Below, in pieces: positions 55,505 through 64,000 of a DNA stretch of 64,000 nucleotides. Each line of letters starts with the position of its first letter. Position 1 is the first letter of the stretch. The translations under genes and the position numbers were made by a program. Source of the DNA: Porphyridium purpureum (Eukaryota); assembly GCA_008690995.1 (NCBI GenBank), contig VRMN01000004.1, forward strand, positions 124,001 to 188,000, read 5' to 3'. The notes under the pieces are model-generated. The model was not told the DNA's origin and ran no database searches. It saw nothing but the letters and a program-made list of their open reading frames with translations.

Positions 55505-55950
55505 CTGCAGCACGCCCTCCTCGAGTCCACGTCCGCGGTAACCCACACCGACGATCACCTACTCTGCTCGAATGCCGGAAACCCCCCACCGCGCAGATCG
55601 ACGCTCCGCCTCCGCCCAGGAAGGTCTATCACTGTCCTCCGCTACCCCACCACCACCATTCCTTTCAGCGCTCCAGCGCCCGCGTCTACCGCGCCGCCCG
55701 CACGTCACGCTCCCTACCCACCACCACCACCACCTCCTCTCCTTCCCTCCCCACCCGGTTCTCCCTCTTCTTCCCCTTCCTCCCCACACGCCACCGCCTC
55801 TCTCCCTTCACCCCTACAGAGGTACTGCGCACACTAGAAGAATAACGCCGCCGTCATATACACAAACAGACCTCTATAAAAATGACCATTGACACACCAT
55901 CTAAACTGAACCCTGTCGCGTTATATAAATGTACTTAAAGTGTCACTGTA

Positions 55951-57496
55951 CAGTCCTGGCCAAGATGTTTGCAACACCCTCATAAAAAGTGAAATTCGTG
56001 TAAAAGTGAAGAATCTTGATAGACAAGGGTGTGTTTTGAGCACGCCAATCGCTCGCGCGTCCCAAGAAACACTGGGGAGCGTCCAGCGGGGAGCAAAAAG
56101 CAAGGAATGAGTGGATAGGCATGAGAGACAGTAAAAAGGGGGCGTTGGCGGGGGACGCAAGTTTTGGAATGCAAGAAAGAAAACATGAAGAGGAAGAAGG
56201 ACGAGACTTTAATACTTGGTGTGGTGGCCGCGCGCGTCCAGAACAGCTTGAAGACGGCGAGGCATGGACTCCAAGAGTGGAACTACGTACTTTTGAGCCT
56301 CGGTCGCCCACGCCGCAAGCACGGCAGCCCTAAGTTCTGCGACGCGCGCGAACTGGCGGCCTTTTCGGTAAACCACGCGCGACAAGACGCCCCACACGTT
56401 CTCAATTGGGTTAAGGTCGGGAGACCTTGCAGGCCACGGCAGCACAGTCACGCCGAGTGCGTCGAGCCACGCCTTAGTCGCGTTAGCCGTATGTGCCGGG
56501 GCATTGTCTTGGTGGAAAGTGAAATTGAAGTCAAACATTTCCAGGCCGAACGGAAGCAAGGCTTCCAGCAAGACTTGTTGATACTTCACGGCATTCAAGC
56601 CGCCCTCGACGAAGACGGCCATTGTTAGGCTGTGCAGGGACATACCGGCCCACATGTGAACCTTGCCACCTCCAGAGTGCTGGCGCCTGGCGTACGAACT
56701 TGACTTGACGCGACAGTCGACCCACCGCTGCGACGAGCCGAACGGACCATCGCAGCTCCAAATCTTCTCGTCTGAAAATACCACTTGATGCCAGAACGCC
56801 ATTGGTTTCGCAATGAATGCGGTGGCAAACGCCAAACGCTTCCTGATGTTGTCAGACGACAGCGACGGTTTCCGCGCGACTCGCTTGCAGCGAAGAAAGC
56901 CTGCTGCTTGAAGCGTCCGACGCACTGTCTTGGCCGAGCACTGCAAGTGCAGCTCGTGAACCACCTGTCCGCACGTCAGTGCATCAACAGATACGGCGCG
57001 AATGATGCGGCGTTCCGATTTGCGACTCAAAAGCCGTTTCGGACCTGGCTTCTTGCGGACACTTCGGCGCCCCCTTGACGCCAGATAACGGCTCACAGTT
57101 GCGTAGGACGGTCGCGAGCGATCTGGACGAGGCTTGAGAGCCTTCACAATGGCTCGCACCGACAGCTCCTGGCCCGCAAGGGCGTCGATCTGCCCTTTTT
57201 CGTGTTCCGACAGCCACGGCGCCATTGTCCGGCCGTTGCGCGCTCAATTTCGTTCGGGAGACTCTCCACTTGCGCACGACGAGATGGATCAGCGAGCGAA
57301 GATCCTTTGAGCACCTGCTGATGGTCTGGGGAAAACAAAAACGCGCGCGCCGCGCCTTGGTTCACCGTCATGCTCGATGTTGACAATGTTAAAAAAAGAG
57401 TTAAAAATAAGTTTTCTATTAAAATGGGCTATTTCACTATAAGATCCAATTTTTTGGACCAAAATGCAGGTGTTGCAAACATCTTGGCCAGGACTG
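55951..57496 (-). mobile_element. Intact Tc1/mariner transposon
   Basis: Perfect 28-bp TIRs CAGTCCTGGCCAAGATGTTTGCAACACC, flanked by TA. Confidence 0.95.
56209..57225 (-). CDS. Tc1 DD34E transposase
   Basis: FSDEK, FHQDNAPAH, WPARSPDLNPIENVW; 338 aa, uninterrupted. Confidence 0.95.
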   Translation of the reverse strand: MAPWLSEHEKGQIDALAGQELSVRAIVKALKPRPDRSRPSYATVSRYLASRGRRSVRKKPGPKRLLSRKSERRIIRAVSVDALTCGQVVHELHLQCSAKTVRRTLQAAGFLRCKRVARKPSLSSDNIRKRLAFATAFIAKPMAFWHQVVFSDEKIWSCDGPFGSSQRWVDCRVKSSSYARRQHSGGGKVHMWAGMSLHSLTMAVFVEGGLNAVKYQQVLLEALLPFGLEMFDFNFTFHQDNAPAHTANATKAWLDALGVTVLPWPARSPDLNPIENVWGVLSRVVYRKGRQFARVAELRAAVLAAWATEAQKYVVPLLESMPRRLQAVLDARGHHTKY

Positions 57497-57661
57497 TACT
57501 TCTTTTGATTTATATTTAGACTGTGTAGTGTACAGTGATGTGATGACCGTTGGTGGTGAGATATTGGGGAGAAGGGGAGCGGGGGAGTGGTTGGGGCAGA
57601 GAAAGTCGATGGTGGAGAGGCGGTGGAGAACGGGTGTGTGGACAAGAGCAGAGAAGGAGAG

Positions 57662-58801
57662 ATGGCGGCGCAGCAGAGAATGGGGGCGTCCAAGTCTGTG
57701 AAGGACCTGATGGCCAACTTTGAAGACCCTGGCGCGGGATCCACTGCCGGCAGCACCACGGTGCCAAAGCGCGCCGGCTCCGTGTCGCAGACCATGCCAA
57801 TCACATCGTCCAAGAGCGTCAAGGCGCTGGCGGGCTCGCTCGCCGCGGAGAAGATGGTCCCGCCGTCCCCGGGAGCGGCGCGAGGGTCGCGTGAAGCATC
57901 GTCCAAGAAGGTGTGGTCGTACCAGCAGAACAGCCAGAGCGCCAGCAAGGACCTCCAGACAGCATCCGCATCCCAAAAGGAGATCGCCGAGGCGGCTCCG
58001 CGCCAAAAGTCGCTCAAGGAACGCATGAGTGAGCTGGAGCAAGACGCAAACAAGGATCGCGCGCTCTCGTGCGCTCGAGCTTCTGCCCCAGAGATCCCGC
58101 GTGGCAAGTCACTCAATGAGCGGATGGCCGAGTTGAACGCCGGCAAGTCGGGGAAAATGGGCGAGCCACCAGCGGACGCAAAGGAGCAAGCCGCACCACC
58201 TCCACGAGAAATGTCCCTGAAGGAACGCATGGCCGCACTCGAGGCAAACGCTGACCCGGCAAAGCGCGCAGAGCAGGAGCGCGCCGCCGCCGTGGCAGCC
58301 GCGCAGGGCGGGCCAACAAGCGTGAGCGCCCTGACGAGTCGTATGGGCGCATTTCAAGTGGAAGCAGACGGAAGCAGCAAGCCGGGCAAACCGGGCAAAC
58401 CGACGGCGATGCCCGAGGGGCGCAGCATGTCGCTCAAGGAGCGGATGAGCGCTTTCTCCGGAGCCGGACAGGACGCGCAAAAGTATGCCGTCGCTGCGGC
58501 AACTGAAACTGGCATGAAGCCATCAGGAGGATCGGTATCGTCGGCTCGGACTACATACGAGCAGGGTTTGGCGAAATCCCGAGGTGATTCGGGAAAGTTC
58601 AAGCCGCAAGCCGCTGATGGTCCCATATCAGACACGCTAAAGTCACGTGCGTCGGCCTTTTCGCAGCCGTCGGCCACGTCGACATCTTCGTCGGGTCGCG
58701 CCCCCTCTCAAGGAAAGGCCAAGGTGGCGGGAAAAGGTGTGGAGCCGTCGGAAACGGCGAGCGATGACTTCAAGAAGGCGTTCGCGGCGTTTGGAAATTA
58801 G
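57662..58801 (+). CDS. Low-complexity protein with repeated S(L/V)KERM-type motifs
   Basis: ATG-initiated ORF of about 379 aa with at least 7 motif copies. Confidence 0.65.
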   Translation: MAAQQRMGASKSVKDLMANFEDPGAGSTAGSTTVPKRAGSVSQTMPITSSKSVKALAGSLAAEKMVPPSPGAARGSREASSKKVWSYQQNSQSASKDLQTASASQKEIAEAAPRQKSLKERMSELEQDANKDRALSCARASAPEIPRGKSLNERMAELNAGKSGKMGEPPADAKEQAAPPPREMSLKERMAALEANADPAKRAEQERAAAVAAAQGGPTSVSALTSRMGAFQVEADGSSKPGKPGKPTAMPEGRSMSLKERMSAFSGAGQDAQKYAVAAATETGMKPSGGSVSSARTTYEQGLAKSRGDSGKFKPQAADGPISDTLKSRASAFSQPSATSTSSSGRAPSQGKAKVAGKGVEPSETASDDFKKAFAAFGN

Positions 58802-58865
58802 CGCATCGCTACAGCTTGGCTGGAACCCACAAAAGCATACGCTCTTCTTTTCAGCTTTGTATCTG

Positions 58866-59978
58866 TTATAGCACCCAGTGTAGTAAAAGCACGGAGAAAA
58901 TTGCGAACAAAAGTAGTCCGACGATAATGTTTCGAAAGGCGACTCGCGAGGTGGCCATGCGATCTATTTCGTAGTTGGCACGGTCCAGATGTGCGTTCGC
59001 TGCATATGCCATTTTCACGATTCCGTCGACCTGCTCGCTCTGCTCCTGCACTTTGGTCGCCAGCAATTCATTCATGGCAGCAACTTCATTCGCGGTTGTT
59101 TCCACTTGCCGCGCAACATCTAACTCGGAGCGCAGTGCCTCCAAGAGTTCGTCGTTCTGCTCATCCAACGCGTGCACCATCTCGGGTGTCCACGTCTCCT
59201 CATCCAATACCGCCTGCTCGTGTTCATCGTACTCTTGCTGCCTTGCCGAGCGACGACCAGCGACCCTTGCACTGTGTTCCGATTGCTTGCGTTCCTGCTT
59301 TTCTGACTCGAGAACAGACGCCGCTGACACGAGTGAGCCTTGGCCGATCTCCTCCTGGTGCTGTTCACGCTGCGAATTCTGCTGCTCCAGAGTCTCCGCC
59401 GCGTTGCGCAACTTGAGCGAGCGTAACTTCTTGTACAATGAGGATAAGGCATTCAGCCGACTCGCCACGACCTGCACGCCCCCCATGGCCAACATCAACA
59501 CTGCTGCACGCTCGGCGTCCGAGCGGCTCTGCGCGCTAAACGCTTGCGCGGACTTTTTCATACTTTCCAGTTGCAGCACATACTCTTCCATGAATGCGCG
59601 AATGTCCGTCTCGATGCGCCGTGCCTCCTCAGCGTCGCGCGACTCGAGGTAAAGCGCGCTCGACTCCCTGAGCGCTTCGAGTTTAGCCGAGATCTCCGCG
59701 TCCACTTGCGCACATGCGAATAGAAACTTATTCTGCCCATCCGCGTCTTCTGGGTTTTCTGAACCTGCCGTAGAGAGAGACGAGGACGGCCCAAACAGCC
59801 ATACAGGTGGCGGCGGCGGCGGCGCCCCATCATGCGTTCGATGCGGTGACGACTGAATCTTCGCCCCAGCTACGCTTTCCGCAAGCTCTGTGCTTCTCGT
59901 AACGGGCCTGCTCGAGAACCCGAGCATTTCACACAGCTCAGCTCGCCGGTCAAGCCCGATGGCCCGTGTCGGCGGCAT
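58866..59978 (-). CDS. Syntaxin-18/SYP81-like Qa-SNARE
   Basis: SNARE coil VARQVETTANEVAAMNELLATKVQEQSEQVD and C-terminal TM anchor ending LLLHWVL. Confidence 0.75.
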   Translation of the reverse strand: MPPTRAIGLDRRAELCEMLGFSSRPVTRSTELAESVAGAKIQSSPHRTHDGAPPPPPPVWLFGPSSSLSTAGSENPEDADGQNKFLFACAQVDAEISAKLEALRESSALYLESRDAEEARRIETDIRAFMEEYVLQLESMKKSAQAFSAQSRSDAERAAVLMLAMGGVQVVASRLNALSSLYKKLRSLKLRNAAETLEQQNSQREQHQEEIGQGSLVSAASVLESEKQERKQSEHSARVAGRRSARQQEYDEHEQAVLDEETWTPEMVHALDEQNDELLEALRSELDVARQVETTANEVAAMNELLATKVQEQSEQVDGIVKMAYAANAHLDRANYEIDRMATSRVAFRNIIVGLLLFAIFSVLLLHWVL

Positions 59979-60391
59979 CCTGTCCAATTTGGTCAACACC
60001 GTCACGGCTGGAGCCGCCGAGTCGCCCTTAAAAAGACAAAAGGATTATTTCCTTAAACCTGGTGACTGCATCGTACGTTTACAAGGGAAGATCGTGTTCT
60101 TCTAGGTGCCTTGTTTCTAATAATGATTCGGCCCTTGTGTTGCTGGCTTAATCGACTGGCATCCACAACCACCGATTCCCCAATCAAGATGGCTCGATAT
60201 CCCCCAGATGTTTCGCTTTCACGGATGAGATCGATAAGCGCAGACAGTTTCAACCCTGCATTTCTGCGCCGCGATGGAACTCAGCCCCGTTCAGAACGAG
60301 CAAATCAAATGCGTCGCGCTGATCCATACTGGTAAAAGAGCTCCTCGACGCAACGCGCTAAACGGGAGAGTCCCCGTCCACACTCACACTG

Positions 60392-60974
60392 TCAAGGGGT
60401 ATTCCAAATCGAACGAGCAGCTGACTCATTTTGAATTCCACGCCAGGGCTCCCCCCAACCCTTGAGCTGCACTTGAATGAAGCCGCTTTGTACGACAAGC
60501 TCCAACAAAGTCAAGCTCCGCCCTTCCTCCATGTTCACATTTGCGCCATGTCTCAATAGCCAGCGAGCAGACATATCCAGCGCGTGCTTGACGGTGACAC
60601 CAAGCGACTTCCGCTTGACGTCCCACGAACGTAGATGTTCGTCGACGTTGGTCCCGTGCTCGAGCAGCGCGAGCATACACGCATCGTCATGTTTGGATGC
60701 TGCATACGCGAAGATAGACGAACGTTTGGAATCTTTGGCACCCACGCAAGCGCCCTGTTCCGAGAGCGTCCTTGCGCACTCGGCGTGGCAACCCAGAATC
60801 GCAAATATCAATGCATTCTAGTCGACCGCATCCGCCAAGTTCACATGCGCACCGCGTCGGACTGTTTCAGCGACGCAAGCTCTTCTTCCCGTGCATTGCA
60901 GCGAGCATCAGCGCTATGCGTTGGTCCACATCCTGCCAGTCCACTTCAACGCCGGCGAACAGCAGCCGCACCAT
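60392..60974 (-). pseudogene. Degenerate ankyrin-repeat gene
   Basis: ALMLAAMHG, GAHVNLAD, ALIFAILGCHAEC, LLEHGTNVD, LLRHGANVN fragments separated by stops and frameshifts. Confidence 0.65.
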
Positions 60975-61191
60975 TTACCCCGACATGCACGCTCTCAGTC
61001 GCGCTCAGCAAGATGAGCCCGAGCTTCCCGTTCACCGCACGCAGCAATTAGGGCGCCTGCCTGTCTGCCCAAATGAAAAGTCGCCGTCATGATCCGAAGA
61101 GACATTTATCGCTCGCCGTCTCACGGGCCTGCGCGAATTTGGCAGCGAGCATCCGAGGAGCACGAGCGGATCAGCAGAGGAACGCGCTGGA

Positions 61192-64000
61192 ATGGGAGGT
61201 GCAGACTTGCTTTCATGGCTCTACGTGCGGGTCGATGAGAGCACAGCCCAGCGTGTAAGTCTGTCGTGTATCATCGCGGCGTTTGTGAATGGCTCAAGTC
61301 CGCTCATCGGTGTGCGTATCGCGCCGAGGCGTCTGCATACGATGTGTCACAGGCGCGCGCATGTCGTAGCGCGGAAAGATTGTGGTGTGGTCTTTAGCTC
61401 GGCTGGGAAAGATGTCGGTGAGGAGAACCGAGCCAAGTACGCCGTATCACAAACTAAAATGCCGCGCAGTATCAAGCAGCGATTGGACGAAATCGAGTTT
61501 CAGATGCTCGGAAGTCGAAAGACAGCTCCATATGGCACGACACACCCGCGGCCGCCGCATCAGCAGACGTTTGCAGGTGAGAATCGCTCTATGCGTCAGC
61601 TAGACGTCCCACCTGGCGCAGCAGGAGGCCAAGAGCTGGAGAGCGATGCGAGCATGGACACAGAGGTGACTCATGAAAACGGGTACGCGCGCGAACTCAA
61701 TGATCCTCTGCGTGTGGCAAATTCTGGTGCGCAGCGCATGCTCGCATTTCAGCAGCTCGAGCAGCTGGTGCGCGATGACAGTGTGGACAGCGTGTCACTT
61801 GCACGATCACTGAAGGTGCTCGTGCGTGCGAGCCGCCTGAGTCGCGGACATGGACGCGCGGTGCACCAATTCTTGGAGAGCAAGAAGTCCAGCAGCTTTC
61901 TGAACACGTGGTACGCGAAAATGATCCCGCATCTGAGTGAGCTTGACTCATTCAGCCTTGTGAGCCTGCTACATTCCTTCGGCGCCCTCCAGATTGCTCC
62001 CAGTCGTGAATTTGTTGCAAAATGGGAGCAAGTCGTACGTGAGACCGGTTCGCTCAATGAACTGGATGAGAAAAGCCTGGCCACTGCTTTTTGGGCCATT
62101 GGGCGAAATCGCACCGCAGCGTATTCCAAGGATATTCTACAAGCGCTGTCGAATCGGTTTGAGAAAGTCAGTGCGCAAGCCTCGGACCAGTGCGTGACTT
62201 TATTCCTTTGGAGTCTGACGCAAGTGATGTTCGTTCCTTCTGCAAGCAATCTAGAAGCGTGGAGTGTCGCCTTCGTACGGAACGCGTCTGTTATGAATGC
62301 CGATGCGCTGACCAAGGTGGTAGACAGCCTTGGCAGGCTGGGGAAGGTAAACGCGGGGTCCTCAGTTGAGGAGCGTGTGATGCCAGTCTGGTTTGCAGCT
62401 TGGGAAGAGACCGTGAGCAAAGACCGTTTTGACGTAATTGACCTATGCGCGTGTCTGAATGCTATATCAAAGTTAGCGATCCGCCCTTCTCCGGAATGGC
62501 TTGAGAAGTGGACGCAGGCTTTCGAACGGCAGGTGCCCACCTCAAAAGTTCGCCAGCGTGAGCTCACGATGTCGTTAAGCGCACTGCATCGTCTGCAAGT
62601 TTCTCCGCCGCCGTCGTTTTTCCGCGCATGGTACGCGGCTTTAGCACGTCACTTGCCGTCTCTCCCGGAGCAGATGGTTGCGTTTGCGTACTGGGGACCC
62701 TGGAAGTACTCATCCGAGTGGCACATCACTCAGCAAGAGTTTGTGGAAGGATTTCAATCCGCGTTCGTGGACATGAGCCCATCTATGAACGCGCAGCAGG
62801 TCTCCGACTGTATTTGGGCGCTTGGGAAGGCCAATATGCAGCCGTCCAGGGCATTCATGGACGCATGGCTGGTGGCGTTTGAGCGAGTGCAAGATAGATG
62901 CAGTGCACAGCAATTATGCGCTATGCTTTGGGCAATGGGTAAGTGCAGTAGGGCCGTGCTTGCACCAGCTGAGCAGGCTTCATTCTTGGACCTGTGGTAC
63001 GCATGTTTTGAGCGCGAAGAGTCAGGCTTCGTCCTGAATTTTTACAGTATGTGCTTGCTTTCTTTCGCACGACTCCAGACTGAAGACGCAGGCGAAGTAT
63101 CTCCTTTGCGGGACTCGTTTGTCAAAGCCTTCGAGGACTGTTTTGTTGCTGAATCGGCATCTATTAACAGCCAAATTCTCGCCAATGTCATGCACGCATG
63201 CGCAAAGCTTCATCTCATGCCGCGAGCAGACATGCTACGAGTCTGGTTTGACCGTTTCGTCGAGCTTGCCGAGACGGATTCTTCGCGAGCCTCCGTCTTT
63301 AAGCCGCAGGAATTAAGCATGCAGTTATGGGGCCTAGCGAAACTGGACATTGACATACGCACAATATATGATCCGACAGCGCCAGCCTTCCTGGACAGCT
63401 GGTGCTCCTGCTTTGAGCGCAACGCGGGTCTTTTTCAAGGTCATCACGTGGCAATCATCATGTGGGCGTTCGCACACTGGAGCCACAGTTTCGACATCAA
63501 ATCTATTCTTCCTGAATCATTTCAAGTCGCGTGGCGCACAGAATGCGCGCGCGCCGCGTCGTCCATGAGTCCCATTTCAGTCTCTCAGACGCTCTGGCCT
63601 TTGGGTCGGCTCGAGGCGGCAACCATGTCCCTCGTTTCGCCACAGCTGATGAACGCGCTTCTCGATGCCTTTGCGCGATGCGTGAAGCGAATGGATTCGC
63701 AAGAGATGGTGAACTCCTTGTGGGGCTGTGCCCGGATGGGACCTCACCTCGATTTCCCGGACACGCTGATGATCGACTGGTTTTATCACGCTTCCAAGAA
63801 CTTGCCGTCGTTCAATCCACACGAGCTTTCGAACAGCTTATACGCACTGGCACGCCTTCAGAGGGCACCAACCGAATCGTTTCTGTCGTTGTGGATGCGC
63901 TGTTTCGCGGTGCGCAAATCTGAATTCAGTGCACAGCACCTTGTACTCGCTCTGTGGGCGCTAGCAACGCTTGAATTTCGCATCTTGCCGGATGATTTTC
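61192..64000 (+). CDS. Octotricopeptide-repeat (OPR/RAP-family) helical repeat protein, 3' end outside the window
   Basis: Frame open from ATG 61192 to the window end by manual translation; repeats such as MNAQQVSDCIWALGKANMQPSRAFMDAW, FKPQELSMQLWGLAKL, RPSPEWLEKW, FNPHELSNSLYALARL. Confidence 0.8.
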   Translation, partial: MGGADLLSWLYVRVDESTAQRVSLSCIIAAFVNGSSPLIGVRIAPRRLHTMCHRRAHVVARKDCGVVFSSAGKDVGEENRAKYAVSQTKMPRSIKQRLDEIEFQMLGSRKTAPYGTTHPRPPHQQTFAGENRSMRQLDVPPGAAGGQELESDASMDTEVTHENGYARELNDPLRVANSGAQRMLAFQQLEQLVRDDSVDSVSLARSLKVLVRASRLSRGHGRAVHQFLESKKSSSFLNTWYAKMIPHLSELDSFSLVSLLHSFGALQIAPSREFVAKWEQVVRETGSLNELDEKSLATAFWAIGRNRTAAYSKDILQALSNRFEKVSAQASDQCVTLFLWSLTQVMFVPSASNLEAWSVAFVRNASVMNADALTKVVDSLGRLGKVNAGSSVEERVMPVWFAAWEETVSKDRFDVIDLCACLNAISKLAIRPSPEWLEKWTQAFERQVPTSKVRQRELTMSLSALHRLQVSPPPSFFRAWYAALARHLPSLPEQMVAFAYWGPWKYSSEWHITQQEFVEGFQSAFVDMSPSMNAQQVSDCIWALGKANMQPSRAFMDAWLVAFERVQDRCSAQQLCAMLWAMGKCSRAVLAPAEQASFLDLWYACFEREESGFVLNFYSMCLLSFARLQTEDAGEVSPLRDSFVKAFEDCFVAESASINSQILANVMHACAKLHLMPRADMLRVWFDRFVELAETDSSRASVFKPQELSMQLWGLAKLDIDIRTIYDPTAPAFLDSWCSCFERNAGLFQGHHVAIIMWAFAHWSHSFDIKSILPESFQVAWRTECARAASSMSPISVSQTLWPLGRLEAATMSLVSPQLMNALLDAFARCVKRMDSQEMVNSLWGCARMGPHLDFPDTLMIDWFYHASKNLPSFNPHELSNSLYALARLQRAPTESFLSLWMRCFAVRKSEFSAQHLVLALWALATLEFRILPDDF

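Overview
Eukaryotic nuclear DNA, gene-dense and apparently almost intron-free, most likely from a unicellular red alga (inferred from a nuclear CpcS/CpeS lyase, plastid-type ClpS, an OPR protein and MAF-type transit peptides; Porphyridium-like). The left arm (1-13.9 kb) carries partial RFT1, a TCP11-domain gene, proteasome alpha-3, Rad4/XPC, a tRNA-Pro(UGG) split by three introns, clpS, a hypothetical gene and cpeS/cpcS. The centre (13891-47434) is one 33.5-kb nest of transposons that collapses by target-site duplications to a single 9-bp site. A Merlin DNA transposon has two related Copia elements (A, D) inserted at its two ends. Element B (Gypsy-like Gag/protease, Copia INT-RT-RH, and a TRF-like Myb domain) sits in an LTR of A, and a three-LTR tandem of a chromodomain Gypsy (C) sits in the ORF of B. 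A Tc1 element and a solo LTR sit in D. The right arm carries an S1-domain protein, a front-end fatty acid desaturase, a Rossmann-fold protein, a methyltransferase, a CRT-like transporter, a frameshifted LSM12, an intact Tc1, a repeat protein, a syntaxin-18-like gene, an ankyrin pseudogene and a partial OPR gene. All family calls come from motif recognition by eye; no searches were run.
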